Assembly (NCBI GenBank): GCA_964016885.1
Contig: OZ024756.1
Span: 62,001 to 126,000, forward strand
Direction: 5' to 3'
DNA: 64,000 nucleotides
Origin: Eledone cirrhosa
Lineage: Eukaryota
The translations under genes and the position numbers were made by a program. Of the stretch, positions 1 through 15,200 are shown piece by piece; the first letter of the stretch is position 1, and every line of letters begins with the position of its first letter. The notes below the pieces were generated by a model. That model did not search any database, was not told where the DNA came from, and was given only the letters and a program-made list of their open reading frames with translations.

Positions 1-147
1 GAGTGAGAGAGGGGGAGTGAGAGGTAGAGAGAGGGGGAGAGAGAGAGGGAAAGATGTAGAAAAGTTGAAAAATCAATGGTAGTTTTACAGTTGTTCATCA
101 GATAACTTGATATATTGTACTTGACCCAGTTTAAATCACAGACACAC

Positions 148-434
148 AATACTACTACTACTGCTGCTAGTATTACTACTACTACTACTACTACTACTAG
201 TATTACTACTACTACTACTACTATTACTACTAGTACTACTACTACTACTACTACTACTAGTATTACTACTACTACTACAACAATAACAACAACAGTAACA
301 CCACCACCAACAGCAACAACAACAGTAACAACACCAACAACAACAGTAACAACACCACCACCACCAATGACAAGAGCAGCAGCAGCAACAACAGTAACAA
401 CACCAACAACATCAACAACAACAACAACCTCAAC
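148..434. repeat. (ACT)n / (ACA)n trinucleotide microsatellite
   Basis: Direct reading: actactact... followed by acaacaaca/ccacca runs. Confidence 0.95.
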
Positions 435-830
435 AGGAAATAGTTTCACTGTATTTGCTATCTTCTGTCTATAAAATCACATCACCTCTTCTCTTCATTT
501 CAAAATTGAAGTATGGTGCAGTGTAGTGTGGTGTGCTGGTGATGTGGGGTTGTGGTGTGGTGGTGCTGTGGTGTGATGGTGTAGTGTGGTGTGGTGGTGA
601 TGTGGGGTTGTGGTGGTGATGTGGTCTTGTGGTGTTGTCATGGCCCTACACCAAATGAGGGAAACCAGCAATAGACCAGAATAACTGATTCTGATGACTG
701 GATTATGTCAGCAGAGACAACATAGAATAGTTAGGTCTGAGACAACTGAAGACAACTGAAGCATGGCAGAATTTAAAGTACATGGCTAAATAGTTGTCAT
801 ACAATCCAAACTGCTGGCACAACAAATAAA

Positions 831-3800
831 TGGTCCAGTAACACCTGATATAGTGACAGGGGTGTTGTATTGACAGTGTATAGTCTAGTAATATCTGATA
901 TAGCCACAGGGGTGTTGTATTGACGGTGTATGGTCTAGTAACACCTGATATAACCACAGGAGTGTTGTATTGACAGTGTATGGTCTAGTAACACCTGATA
1001 TAGCCACAGGAGTGTTGTATTGACAGTGTATAGTCTAGTAATATCTGATATAGCCACAGGAGTGTTGTATTGACAGTGTATGGTCTAGTAACATCTGATA
1101 TAGCCACAGGGGTGTTGTATTGACGGTGTATGGTCTAGTAACACCTGATATAACCACAGGAGTGTTGTATTGACAGTGTATGGTCTAGTAACACCTGATA
1201 TAGCCACAGGAGTGTTGTATTGACGGTGTATGGTCTAGTAACACCTGATATAGCCACAGGAGTGTTGTATTGACAGTGTATGGTCTAGTAACATCTGATA
1301 TAGCCACAGGAGTGTTGTATTGACAGTGTATAGTCTAGTAACACCTGATATAGCCACAGGAGTGTTGTATTGACAGTGTATGGTCTAGTAACACCTGATA
1401 TAGCCACAGGAGTGTTGTATTGACAGTGTATGGTCCAGTAACACCTGATATAGCCACAGGAGTGTTGTATTGACAGTGTATAGTCTAGTAACACCTGATA
1501 TAGCCACAGGAGTGTTGTATTGACAGTGTATGGTCTAGTAACACCTGATATAGCCACAGGAGTGTTGTATTGACAGTGTATGGTCTAGTAACACCTGATA
1601 TAGCCACAGGAGTGTTGTATTGACAGTGTATGGTCCAGTAACACCTGATATAGCCACAGGAGTGTTGTATTGACAGTGTATAGTCTAGTAACACCTGATA
1701 TAGCCACAGGAGTGTTGTATTGACAGTGTATGGTCTAGTAACAACTGATATAGCCACAGGAGTGTTGTATTGACAGTGTATGGTCCAGTAACACCTGATA
1801 TAGCCACAGGAGTGTTGTATTGACAGTGTATAGTCTAGTAACACCTGATATAGCCACAGGAGTGTTGTATTGACAGTGTATGGTCTAGTAACACCTGATA
1901 TAGCCACAGGAGTGTTGTATTGACAGTGTATGGTCCAGTAACACCTGATATAGCCAGAGGAGTGTTGTATTGACAGTGTATGGTCCAGTAACACCTGATA
2001 TAGCCACAGGAGTGTTGTATTGACGGTGTATGGTCTAGTAACACCTGATATAGCCACAGGAGTGTTGTATTGACAGTGTATGGTCCAGTAACATCTGATA
2101 TAGCCACAGGAGTGTTGTATTGACAGTGTATGGTCTAGTAATATCTGATATAGCCACAGGGGTGTTGTATTGACAGTGTATGGTCCAGTAACACCTGATA
2201 TAGCCACAGGAGTGTTGTATTGACAGTGTATGGTCTAGTAACATCTGATATAGCCACAGGGGTGTTGTATTGACAGTGTATGGTCTAGTAACATCTGATA
2301 TAGCCACATGAGTGTTGTACTGACAGTGTATGGTCTAGTAACACCTGATATAGCCACATGAGTGTTGTATTGACGGTGTATGGTCTAGTAACACCTGATA
2401 TAGCCACAGGAGTGTTGTATTGACAGTGTATGGTCCAGTAACACCTGATATAGCCACAGGAGTGTTGTATTGACAGTGTATAGTCCAGTAACATCTGAGA
2501 TAGCCACAGAGGTGTTGTACTGACAGTGTATGGTCCAGTAACACCTGATATAGCCACAGGAGTGTTGTATTGACAGTGTATGATCCAGTAACACCTGATA
2601 TGGCCACAGGAGTGTTGTATTGACAGTGTATGGTCTAGTAACATCTGATATAGCCACAGGAGTGTTGTATTGACAGTGTATGGTCTAGTAACATCTGAGA
2701 TAGCCACAGAGGTGTTGTACTGACAGTGTATGGTCCAGTAACACCTGATATAGCCACAGGAGTGTTGTATTGACAGTGTATGATCCAGTAACACCTGATA
2801 TGGCCACAGGAGTGTTGTATTGACAGTGTATGGTCTAGTAACATCTGATATAGCCACAGGAGTGTTGTATTGACAGTGTATGGTCTAGTAACATCTGAGA
2901 TAGCCACAGAGGTGTTGTACTGACAGTGTATGGTCCAGTAACACCTGATATAGCCACAGGAGTGTTGTATTGACAGTGTATGATCCAGTAACACCTGATA
3001 TGGCCACAAGAGTGTTGTATTGACAGTGTATGGTCTAGTAACATCTGATATAGCCACAGGAGTGTTGTATTGACAGTGTATGGTCTAGTAACATCTGAGA
3101 TAGCCACAGAGGTGTTGTACTGACAGTGTATGGTCTAGTAACATCTGATATAGCAACAGGAGTGTTGTATTGACAGTGTATGGTCTAGTAACATCTGATA
3201 TAGCCACAGGAGTGTTGTATTGACAGTGTATGGTCCAGTAACACCTGATATAGCCACAGGAGTGTTGTATTGACAGTGTATGGTCCAGTAACATCTGAGA
3301 TAGCCACAGAGGTGTTGTACTGACAGTGTATGGTCCAGTAACATCTGATATAGCCACAGAGGTGTTGTACTGACAGTGTATGGTCTAGTAACATCTGATA
3401 TAGCCACAGGAGTGTTGTACTGACAGTGTATGGTCCAGTAACACCTGATATAGCCACATGAGTGTTGTATTGACAGTGTATGGTCTAGTAACACCTGATA
3501 TAGCCACATGAGTGTTGTATTGACAGTGTATGGTCTAGTAACATCTGATATAGCCACAGAGGTGTTGTACTGACAGTGTATGGTCCAGTAACACCTGATA
3601 TAGCCACAGGAGTGTTGTATTGACAGTGTATGGTCCAGTAACATCTGAGATAGCCACAGAGGTGTTGTACTGACAGTGTATGGTCCAGTAACATCTGATA
3701 TAGCCACAGGAGTGTTGTATTGACAGTGTATGGTCCAGTAACACCTGATATAGCCACAGGAGTGTTGTATTGACAGTGTATGGTCCAGTAACATCTGATA

Positions 3801-6800
3801 TAGCCACAGAGGTGTTGTACTGACAGTGTATGGTCCAGTAACATCTGATATAGCCACAGGAGTGTTGTATTGACAGTGTATGGTCCAGTAACACCTGATA
3901 TAGCCACAGGAGTGTTGTATTGACAGTGTATGGTCCAGTAACATCTGATATAGCCACAGGAGTGTTGTATTGACAGTGTATGGTCTAGTAACACCTGATA
4001 TAGCCACATGAGTGTTGTATTGACAGTGTATGGTCTAGTAACATCTGATATAGCCACATGAGTGTTGTATTGACAGTGTATGGTCTAGTAACACCTGATA
4101 TAGCCACAGGAGTGTTGTATTGACAGTGTATGGTCCAGTAACACCTGATATAGCCACAGGAGTGTTGTATTGACAGTGTATGGTCTAGTAACACCTGATA
4201 TAACCACATGAGTGTTGTATTGACAGTGTATGGTCTAGTAACATCTGATATAGCCACATGAGTGTTGTATTGACAGTGTATGGTCTAGTAACATCTGATA
4301 TAGCCACAGGAGTGTTGTATTGACAGTGTATGGTCTAGTAACATCTGATATAGCCACATGAGTGTTGTATTGACAGTGTATGGTCTAGTAACATCTGATA
4401 TAGCCACAGGAGTGTTGTATTGACAGTGTATGGTCTAGTAACATCTGATATAGCCACAGGAGTGTTGTATTGACAGTGTATGGTCTAGTAACATCTGATA
4501 TAGCCACAGGAGTGTTGTATTGACAGTGTATGGTCTAGTAACACCTGATATAGCCACAGGAGTGTTGTATTGACAGTGTATGGTCTAGTAACACCTGATA
4601 TAGCCACAGGGGTGTTGTATTGACAGTGTATGGTCTAGTAACACCTGATATAGCCACATGAGTGTTGTATTGACAGTGTATGGTCTAGTAACACCTGATA
4701 TAGCCACAGGAGTGTTGTATTGACAGTGTATGGTCCAGTAACACCTGATATAGCCACAGGAGTGTTGTATTGACAGTGTATAGTCTAGTAACACCTGATA
4801 TAGCCACAGGAGTGTTGTATTGACAGTGTATGGTCTAGTAACACCTGATATAGCCACAGGAGTGTTGTATTGACAGTGTATGGTCTAGTAACACCTGATA
4901 TAGCCACAGGAGTGTTGTATTGACAGTGTATGGTCCAGTAACACCTGATATAGCCACAGGAGTGTTGTATTGACAGTGTATAGTCTAGTAACACCTGATA
5001 TAGCCACAGGAGTGTTGTATTGACAGTGTATGGTCTAGTAACACCTGATATAGCCACAGGAGTGTTGTATTGACAGTGTATGGTCCAGTAACACCTGATA
5101 TAGCCACAGGAGTGTTGTATTGACAGTGTATAGTCTAGTAACACCTGATATAGCCACAGGAGTGTTGTATTGACAGTGTATGGTCTAGTAACACCTGATA
5201 TAGCCACAGGAGTGTTGTATTGACAGTGTATGGTCCAGTAACACCTGATATAGCCAGAGGAGTGTTGTATTGACAGTGTATGGTCCAGTAACACCTGATA
5301 TAGCCACAGGAGTGTTGTATTGACGGTGTATGGTCTAGTAACACCTGATATAGCCACAGGAGTGTTGTATTGACAGTGTATGGTCCAGTAACATCTGATA
5401 TAGCCACAGGAGTGTTGTATTGACAGTGTATGGTCTAGTAATATCTGATATAGCCACAGGGGTGTTGTATTGACAGTGTATGGTCCAGTAACACCTGATA
5501 TAGCCACAGGAGTGTTGTATTGACAGTGTATGGTCTAGTAACATCTGATATAGCCACAGGGGTGTTGTATTGACAGTGTATGGTCTAGTAACATCTGATA
5601 TAGCCACATGAGTGTTGTACTGACAGTGTATGGTCTAGTAACACCTGATATAGCCACATGAGTGTTGTATTGACGGTGTATGGTCTAGTAACACCTGATA
5701 TAGCCACAGGAGTGTTGTATTGACAGTGTATGGTCCAGTAACACCTGATATAGCCACAGGAGTGTTGTATTGACAGTGTATAGTCCAGTAACATCTGAGA
5801 TAGCCACAGAGGTGTTGTACTGACAGTGTATGGTCCAGTAACACCTGATATAGCCACAGGAGTGTTGTATTGACAGTGTATGATCCAGTAACACCTGATA
5901 TGGCCACAGGAGTGTTGTATTGACAGTGTATGGTCTAGTAACATCTGATATAGCCACAGGAGTGTTGTATTGACAGTGTATGGTCTAGTAACATCTGAGA
6001 TAGCCACAGAGGTGTTGTACTGACAGTGTATGGTCCAGTAACACCTGATATAGCCACAGGAGTGTTGTATTGACAGTGTATGATCCAGTAACACCTGATA
6101 TGGCCACAGGAGTGTTGTATTGACAGTGTATGGTCTAGTAACATCTGATATAGCCACAGGAGTGTTGTATTGACAGTGTATGGTCTAGTAACATCTGAGA
6201 TAGCCACAGAGGTGTTGTACTGACAGTGTATGGTCCAGTAACACCTGATATAGCCACAGGAGTGTTGTATTGACAGTGTATGATCCAGTAACACCTGATA
6301 TGGCCACAGGAGTGTTGTATTGACAGTGTATGGTCTAGTAACATCTGATATAGCCACAGGAGTGTTGTATTGACAGTGTATGGTCTAGTAACATCTGAGA
6401 TAGCCACAGAGGTGTTGTACTGACAGTGTATGGTCTAGTAACATCTGATATAGCAACAGGAGTGTTGTATTGACAGTGTATGGTCTAGTAACATCTGATA
6501 TAGCCACAGGAGTGTTGTATTGACAGTGTATGGTCCAGTAACACCTGATATAGCCACAGGAGTGTTGTATTGACAGTGTATGGTCCAGTAACATCTGAGA
6601 TAGCCACAGAGGTGTTGTACTGACAGTGTATGGTCCAGTAACATCTGATATAGCCACAGAGGTGTTGTACTGACAGTGTATGGTCTAGTAACATCTGATA
6701 TAGCCACAGGAGTGTTGTACTGACAGTGTATGGTCCAGTAACACCTGATATAGCCACATGAGTGTTGTATTGACAGTGTATGGTCTAGTAACACCTGATA

Positions 6801-9800
6801 TAGCCACATGAGTGTTGTATTGACAGTGTATGGTCTAGTAACATCTGATATAGCCACAGAGGTGTTGTACTGACAGTGTATGGTCCAGTAACACCTGATA
6901 TAGCCACAGGAGTGTTGTATTGACAGTGTATGGTCCAGTAACATCTGAGATAGCCACAGAGGTGTTGTACTGACAGTGTATGGTCCAGTAACATCTGATA
7001 TAGCCACAGGAGTGTTGTATTGACAGTGTATGGTCCAGTAACACCTGATATAGCCACAGGAGTGTTGTATTGACAGTGTATGGTCCAGTAACATCTGATA
7101 TAGCCACAGAGGTGTTGTACTGACAGTGTATGGTCCAGTAACATCTGATATAGCCACAGGAGTGTTGTATTGACAGTGTATGGTCTAGTAACACCTGATA
7201 TAGCCACAGGGGTGTTGTATTGACAGTGTATGGTCTAGTAACATCTGATATAGCCAGAGGAGTGTTGTATTGACAGTGTATGGTCTAGTAACATCTGATA
7301 TAGCCACAGGAGTGTTGTATTGACAGTGTATGGTCCAGTAACACCTGATATAGCCACAGGAGTGTTGTATTGACAGTGTATGGTCCAGTAACATCTGATA
7401 TAGCCACAGGAGTGTTGTATTGACAGTGTATGGTCTAGTAACACCTGATATAGCCACATGAGTGTTGTATTGACAGTGTATGGTCTAGTAACATCTGATA
7501 TAGCCACATGAGTGTTGTATTGACAGTGTATGGTCTAGTAACACCTGATATAGCCACATGAGTGTTGTATTGACGGTGTATGGTCCAGTAACACCTGATA
7601 TAGCCACAGGAGTGTTGTATTGACAGTGTATGGTCCAGTAACACCTGATATAGCCACAGGAGTGTTGTATTGACAGTGTATGGTCTAGTAACACCTGATA
7701 TAACCACATGAGTGTTGTATTGACAGTGTATGGTCTAGTAACATCTGATATAGCCACATGAGTGTTGTATTGACAGTGTATGGTCTAGTAACATCTGATA
7801 TAGCCACAGGAGTGTTGTATTGACAGTGTATGGTCTAGTAACACCTGATATAGCCACAGGGGTGTTGTATTGACAGTGTATGGTCTAGTAACACCTGATA
7901 TAGCCACATGAGTGTTGTATTGACAGTGTATGGTCTAGTAACATCTGATATAGCCACAGGGGTGTTGTATTGACAGTGTATGGTCCAGTAACACCTGATA
8001 TAGCCACATGAGTGTTGTATTGACAGTGTATGGTCTAGTAACATCTGATATAGCCACAGGAGTGTTGTATTGACAGTGTATGGTCTAGTAACATCTGATA
8101 TAGCCACATGAGTGTTGTATTGACAGTGTATGGTCTAGTAACATCTGATATAGCCACAGGAGTGTTGTATTGACAGTGTATGGTCCAGTAACACCTGATA
8201 TAGCCACAGGAGTGTTGTATTGACAGTGTATAGTCCAGTAACATCTGAGATAGCCACAGAGGTGTTGTACTGACAGTGTATGGTCCAGTAACACCTGATA
8301 TAGCCACAGGAGTGTTGTATTGACAGTGTATGATCCAGTAACACCTGATATGGCCACAGGAGTGTTGTATTGACAGTGTATGGTCTAGTAACATCTGATA
8401 TAGCCACAGGAGTGTTGTATTGACAGTGTATGGTCTAGTAACATCTGAGATAGCCACAGAGGTGTTGTACTGACAGTGTATGGTCCAGTAACACCTGATA
8501 TAGCCACAGGAGTGTTGTATTGACAGTGTATGATCCAGTAACACCTGATATGGCCACAGGAGTGTTGTATTGACAGTGTATGGTCTAGTAACATCTGATA
8601 TAGCCACAGGAGTGTTGTATTGACAGTGTATGGTCTAGTAACATCTGAGATAGCCACAGAGGTGTTGTACTGACAGTGTATGGTCCAGTAACACCTGATA
8701 TAGCCACAGGAGTGTTGTATTGACAGTGTATGATCCAGTAACACCTGATATGGCCACAGGAGTGTTGTATTGACAGTGTATGGTCTAGTAACATCTGATA
8801 TAGCCACAGGAGTGTTGTATTGACAGTGTATGGTCTAGTAACATCTGAGATAGCCACAGAGGTGTTGTACTGACAGTGTATGGTCTAGTAACATCTGATA
8901 TAGCAACAGGAGTGTTGTATTGACAGTGTATGGTCTAGTAACATCTGATATAGCCACAGGAGTGTTGTATTGACAGTGTATGGTCCAGTAACACCTGATA
9001 TAGCCACAGGAGTGTTGTATTGACAGTGTATGGTCCAGTAACATCTGAGATAGCCACAGAGGTGTTGTACTGACAGTGTATGGTCCAGTAACATCTGATA
9101 TAGCCACAGAGGTGTTGTACTGACAGTGTATGGTCTAGTAACATCTGATATAGCCACAGGAGTGTTGTACTGACAGTGTATGGTCCAGTAACACCTGATA
9201 TAGCCACATGAGTGTTGTATTGACAGTGTATGGTCTAGTAACACCTGATATAGCCACATGAGTGTTGTATTGACAGTGTATGGTCTAGTAACATCTGATA
9301 TAGCCACAGAGGTGTTGTACTGACAGTGTATGGTCCAGTAACACCTGATATAGCCACAGGAGTGTTGTATTGACAGTGTATGGTCCAGTAACATCTGAGA
9401 TAGCCACAGAGGTGTTGTACTGACAGTGTATGGTCCAGTAACATCTGATATAGCCACAGGAGTGTTGTATTGACAGTGTATGGTCCAGTAACACCTGATA
9501 TAGCCACAGGAGTGTTGTATTGACAGTGTATGGTCCAGTAACATCTGATATAGCCACAGAGGTGTTGTACTGACAGTGTATGGTCCAGTAACATCTGATA
9601 TAGCCACAGGAGTGTTGTATTGACAGTGTATGGTCTAGTAACACCTGATATAGCCACAGGGGTGTTGTATTGACAGTGTATGGTCTAGTAACATCTGATA
9701 TAGCCAGAGGAGTGTTGTATTGACAGTGTATGGTCTAGTAACATCTGATATAGCCACAGGAGTGTTGTATTGACAGTGTATGGTCCAGTAACACCTGATA

Positions 9801-11475
9801 TAGCCACAGGAGTGTTGTATTGACAGTGTATGGTCCAGTAACATCTGATATAGCCACAGGAGTGTTGTATTGACAGTGTATGGTCTAGTAACACCTGATA
9901 TAGCCACATGAGTGTTGTATTGACAGTGTATGGTCTAGTAACATCTGATATAGCCACATGAGTGTTGTATTGACAGTGTATGGTCTAGTAACACCTGATA
10001 TAGCCACATGAGTGTTGTATTGACGGTGTATGGTCCAGTAACACCTGATATAGCCACAGGAGTGTTGTATTGACAGTGTATGGTCCAGTAACACCTGATA
10101 TAGCCACAGGAGTGTTGTATTGACAGTGTATGGTCTAGTAACACCTGATATAACCACATGAGTGTTGTATTGACAGTGTATGGTCTAGTAACATCTGATA
10201 TAGCCACATGAGTGTTGTATTGACAGTGTATGGTCTAGTAACATCTGATATAGCCACAGGAGTGTTGTATTGACAGTGTATGGTCTAGTAACACCTGATA
10301 TAGCCACAGGGGTGTTGTATTGACAGTGTATGGTCTAGTAACACCTGATATAGCCACATGAGTGTTGTATTGACAGTGTATGGTCTAGTAACATCTGATA
10401 TAGCCACAGGGGTGTTGTATTGACAGTGTATGGTCCAGTAACACCTGATATAGCCACATGAGTGTTGTATTGACAGTGTATGGTCTAGTAACATCTGATA
10501 TAGCCACAGGAGTGTTGTATTGACAGTGTATGGTCTAGTAACATCTGATATAGCCACATGAGTGTTGTATTGACAGTGTATGGTCTAGTAACATCTGATA
10601 TAGCCACAGGAGTGTTGTATTGACAGTGTATGGTCTAGTAACATCTGATATAGCCACAGGAGTGTTGTATTGACAGTGTATGGTCTAGTAACACCTGATA
10701 TAGCCACAGGGGTGTTGTATTGACAGTGTATGGTCTAGTAACACCTGATATAGCCACATGAGTGTTGTATTGACAGTGTATGGTCTAGTAACATCTGATA
10801 TAGCCACAGGGGTGTTGTATTGACAGTGTATGGTCCAGTAACACCTGATATAGCCACATGAGTGTTGTATTGACAGTGTATGGTCTAGTAACATCTGATA
10901 TAGCCACAGGAGTGTTGTATTGACAGTGTATGGTCTAGTAACACCTGATATAGCCACATGAGTGTTGTATTGACAGTGTATGGTCTAGTAACATCTGATA
11001 TAGCCACAGGAGTGTTGTATTGACAGTGTATGGTCTAGTAACATCTGATATAGCCACAGGAGTGTTGTATTGACAGTGTATGGTCCAGTAACACCTGATA
11101 TAACCACAGGAGTGTTGTATTGACAGTGTATGGTCTAGTAACATCTGATATAGCCACAGGAGTGTTGTATTGACAGTGTATGGTCTAGTAACATCTGATA
11201 TAGCCAGAGGAGTGTTGTATTGACAGTGTATGGTCTAGTAACATCTGATATAGCCACAGGAGTGTTGTATTGACAGTGTATGGTCTAGTAACATCTGATA
11301 TAGCCACAGGAGTGTTGTATTGACAGTGTATGGTCTAGTAACACCTGATATAGCCACATGAGTGTTGTATTGACAGTGTATGGTCTAGTAACATCTGATA
11401 TAGTCACAGGAGTGTTGTATTGACAGTGTATGGTCTAGTAACACCTGATATAGCCACAGGGGTGTTGCATTGACA
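831..11475. repeat. 50-bp tandem satellite, about 213 copies, with higher-order repeats
   Basis: Unit TGGTCYAGTAACAYCTGATATAGCCACAGGAGTGTTGTATTGACAGTGTA keeps register from 831 to 11431 with no net indel. Variant blocks recur at offsets of 200, 400, 2450 and 3300 bp. Confidence 0.99.
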
Positions 11476-11689
11476 TACATCGTTTCTTGGGTATTTTAAG
11501 CCTGGTGGAGCACATCCCTCTTCAGGCCTGAGTACAGCAGATTTCTTGCAGAGAGAGGGCAATCGACCCCAGTACTTCTTTTATTGACCTCAATGGGATC
11601 GGAACCATAAAGCATTCTACCCAACGATTGATGGATTGGCAGTGTGGTGTTGTAGTAAGAGAATAACCTTTGTTGTGTTGTGTGCTATT

Positions 11690-14600
11690 ATGATGTGTTG
11701 TGGTAATGTGATGTGGTGTTGTGTGGCAATGTGGTGTGGTGTTGCGTGGTAATATGATGTGGTGTTGTGTGGTAATGTGATGTGGTGTTGTGGTGATGTA
11801 GTGTTGTGTGGTAATGTGATGTGGTGTTGTGTGGTAATGTGATGTGGTGTTGTGTGGTAATGTGATGTGGTGTTGTGTGGTAATGTGGTGTGGTGTTGTG
11901 TGGTAATGTGATGTTGTGTGGTAATGTGATGTGGTGTTGCGTGGTAATGTGATGTGGTGTTGTGGTAATGTGGTGTGGTGTTGCGTGGTAATGTGATGTG
12001 GTGTTGTGTGGAAATGTGATGTGGTGTTGTGTGGTAATGTGATGTAGTGTTGTGTGGTAATGTGATGTAGTGTTGTGTGGTAATATGGTGTGGTGTTGCG
12101 TGGTAATGTGATGTGGTGTTGCGTGGTAATGTGATGTGGTGTTGTGTGGTAATGTGATGTGGTGTTGTGGTAACGTAATGTGGTGTTGTGTAGTAATGTA
12201 ATGTGGTGTTGCGTGGTAATGTGATGTGGTGTTGTGTGGTAATGTGATGTGGTGTTGTGTGGTAATGTGATGTGGTGTTGTGTGGTAATGTGATGTGGTG
12301 TTGTGGTAACGTAATGTGGTGTTGTGTAGTAATGTAATGTGGTGTTGCGTGGTAATGTGATGTGGTGTTGTGTGGTAATGTGATGTGGTGTTGTGTGGTA
12401 ATGTGATGTGGTGTTGTGTGGTAATGTGATGTGGTGTTGTGGTAACGTAATGTGGTGTTGTGTAGTAATGTAATGTGGTGTTGCGTGGTAATGTGATGTG
12501 GTGTTGTGTGGTAATGTGATGTGGTGTTGTGGTAGTGTAGTGTAGTAATGTAATGTGGTGTTGCGTGGTAATGTGATGTGGTGTTGTGTGGTAATATGAT
12601 GTGGTGTTGTGGTAACGTAATGTGGTGTTGTGTAGTAATGTAATGTGGTGTTGTGTGGTAATGTGATGTGGTGTTGTGGTAACGTAATGTGGTGTTGTGT
12701 AGTAATGTAATGTGGTGTTGTGTAGTAATGTAATGTGGTGTTGTGTGGTAATGTGATGTGGTGTTGTGGTAACGTAATGTGGTGTTGTGTAGTAATGTAA
12801 TGTGGTGTTGTGTAGTATTGTAATGTGGTGTTGTGGTAATGTGATGTGGTGTGGTAATGTGATGTGGTGTTGCGTGGTAATGTGATGTGGTGTTGTGTGG
12901 TAATGTGATATGGTGTTGTGTGCTAATGTGATGTGGTGTTGTGGTAACGTAATGTGGTGTTGTGTAGTAATGTAGTGTGGTGTTGCGTAATAATGTGGTG
13001 TGGTGTTGTGGTAACGTGATGTGGTGTTATGTGGTAATGTGATGTGGTGGTGTGTGGTAATGTGATGTGGTGGTGTGTGGTAATGTGGTGTTGTGGTAAT
13101 GTGATGTGGTGTTGCGTGGTAATGTGATGTTGTGTTGTGTGGTAATGTGATGCGGTGTTGCGTGGTAATGTGATGTGGTGTTGTGTGGTAATGTGATATG
13201 GTGTTGTGTGCTAATGTGATGTGGTGTTGTGGTAACGTAATGTGGTGTTGTGTAGTAATGTAGTGTGGTGTTGCGTAATAATGTGGTGTGGTGTTGTGGT
13301 AACGTGATGTGGTGTTATGTGGTAATGTGATGTGGTGGTGTGTGGTAATGTGATGTGGTGGTGTGTGGTAATGTGGTGTTGTGGTAATGTGATGTGGTGT
13401 TGCGTGGTAATGTGATGTTGTGTTGTGTGGTAATGTGATGCGGTGTTGTGTGGTAATGTGATGTGGTGTTATGTGTAATGTGATGTGGTAATGTGATGTG
13501 GTGTGGTAATGTGGTGTTGTGGTAATGTGATGCAGTGTTGTGTGGTAATGTGATGGTGTTATGTGGTAATGTGATGCGGTGTTGTGGTAATGTGATGTGT
13601 TGTGTGGTAATGTGGTAATGTGATGCGGTGTTGTGTGGTAATGTGGTGTGGTGGTGTGTGGTAATGTGGTGTTGTGCGGTTATGTGATGTGGTGTTGTGT
13701 GGTAATGTGGTGTGGTGTTGCGTGGTAATGTGATGTGGTGTTGTGTGGTAATGTGGTGTGGTGTTATGTGGTAATGTGATGTTGTGTGGTTATGTGATGT
13801 GGTCTTGTGTGGTTATGTGATGTGGTCTTGTGTGGTTATGTGATGTGGTGTTGTGTGGTAATGTGATGTGGTGTTGTGTGGTAATGTGATGTGGTGTTGT
13901 GGTAATGTGATGTGGTGTTGTGGTAATGTAATGTGGTGTGGTAATGTGGTGTGGTCTTGTGTGGTAATGTGATGTGGTGTTGTGGTAATGTGATGTGGTG
14001 TTGTGTGGTAATGTGGTGTGGTGTTGTGTGGTAGTGTGATGTGGTGTTGTGTGGTAATGTGATGTGGTGTTGTGTGGTAATGTGATGTGGTGTTGTGGTA
14101 ATGTGATGTGGTGTTGTGTGGTAATGTGATGTGGTGTTGTGTGGTCATGTGATGTGGTGTTGTGGTAATGTGATGTGGTGTTGTGTGGTAATGTGATGTG
14201 GTGTTGTGTGGTTATGTGATGTGGTGTTGTGTGGTAATGTGGTGTGGTGTTATGTGGTAATGTGATGTGGTGTTGTGGTAATGTGATGTGGTGTGGTAAT
14301 GTGATGTGGAGTTCTGTGGTAATGTGATGTGGAGTTGTTTGGTCATGTGATGTGGTGTTGTGGTAATGTGATGTGGTGTTGTGGTAATGTGATGTGGTGT
14401 TGTGTGGTAATGTGATGTGGTGTTGTGTGGTTATGTGATGTGGTGTTGTGTGGTTATGTGATGTGGTGTTGTGTGGTAATGTGGTGTGGTGTTATGTGGT
14501 AATGTGGTGTGGTGTTGTAAGGTAATGTGATGTGGTGTTGTGTGGTATTGTGATGTGGTGTTGTGTGGTAATGTGATGTGGTGTTGTGTGGTAATGTGAT

Positions 14601-14792
14601 GTGGTGTTGTGTGGTAATGCGGTGTGGTGTTGTGTGGTAATGTGATGTGGTGTTGTGGTAATGTGATGTGGTGTTGTGTGGTAATGTGATGTGGTGTTGT
14701 GTGGTAATGTGATGTTGTGTTGTGTGGTAATGTGATGTGGTGTTGTGTGGTAATTTGATATTGTGTTGTGTGGTAATGTCATGTGGTGTTGT
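11690..14792. repeat. GT-rich 21/23-bp minisatellite
   Basis: Unit GTGGTAATGTGATGTGGTGTTGT repeated with variants for about 3.1 kb. Confidence 0.97.
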
Positions 14793-14819
14793 GAGACAAA
14801 CTCGCAGTAAGTAATAATA

Positions 14820-15022
14820 ATTGTTTCTACTTTAGGCACAAGGCCAGCAATTAAAATAAAGATAAAATAAAGTACCAGCAATGTACTGCGACTTTATTTT
14901 ATCGACCCCGTAAGGATGAAAGGCAAATTTAATCTCGGCGGGATTTGAACTCAGACTGTAAAGGGACGTAACTATGCTAGAAAGCATGGCGTCCGACCCT
15001 CTACCGATACTGCCAATCCAAT
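14820..15022 (-). mobile_element. tRNA-derived SINE, family S1
   Basis: Minus strand has A-box TGGCAGTATCGG, B-box GAGTTCAAATCC, then GCCTTTCATCCTTACGGGGTCGATAAAATAAAGT. Homologous copies at 29.5k, 48.4k, 51.4k and 52.7k. Confidence 0.85.
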
Positions 15023-15027
15023 AATAT

Positions 15028-15200
15028 AGGCACAAGGCCAGCCATTTGAAGGGAAGAGGAAAGTCAATCGACCTCAGTGCGTTACTGGTACTTTATTGAC
15101 CTTGTAAGGATGAAAGGTAAAGCTAACCTTGACAGGTTTTAAATTCAGAACATAAAGGACATAACCTTATGCCACAAATCATGTTGTCTGGCGCTCTACT
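15028..15200 (-). mobile_element. Older, diverged SINE S1 copy
   Basis: ggcacaaggccagc...gtaaggatgaaaggtaaagctaacct aligns by eye with 14820-15022. Confidence 0.7.

Noticed and set aside
90-105. CTGATGA on the minus strand; also CTGATGA/CTGAAGA at 691, 18130, 35652, 38799 and 47420
   Set aside because: No properly placed stem II, GAAA and stem I pairing; several lie in coding remnants.
270-470. Minus-strand Cys run with in-frame TGA (selenoprotein-like)
   Set aside because: Plain (TGT/TGG)n microsatellite; no SECIS or homology evidence.
831-11475. CRISPR-like array or repetitive protein gene (dozens of minus-strand ORFs)
   Set aside because: No unique spacers and no cas genes. The ORFs arise in all three frames of a 50-bp unit and are broken by variant stops.
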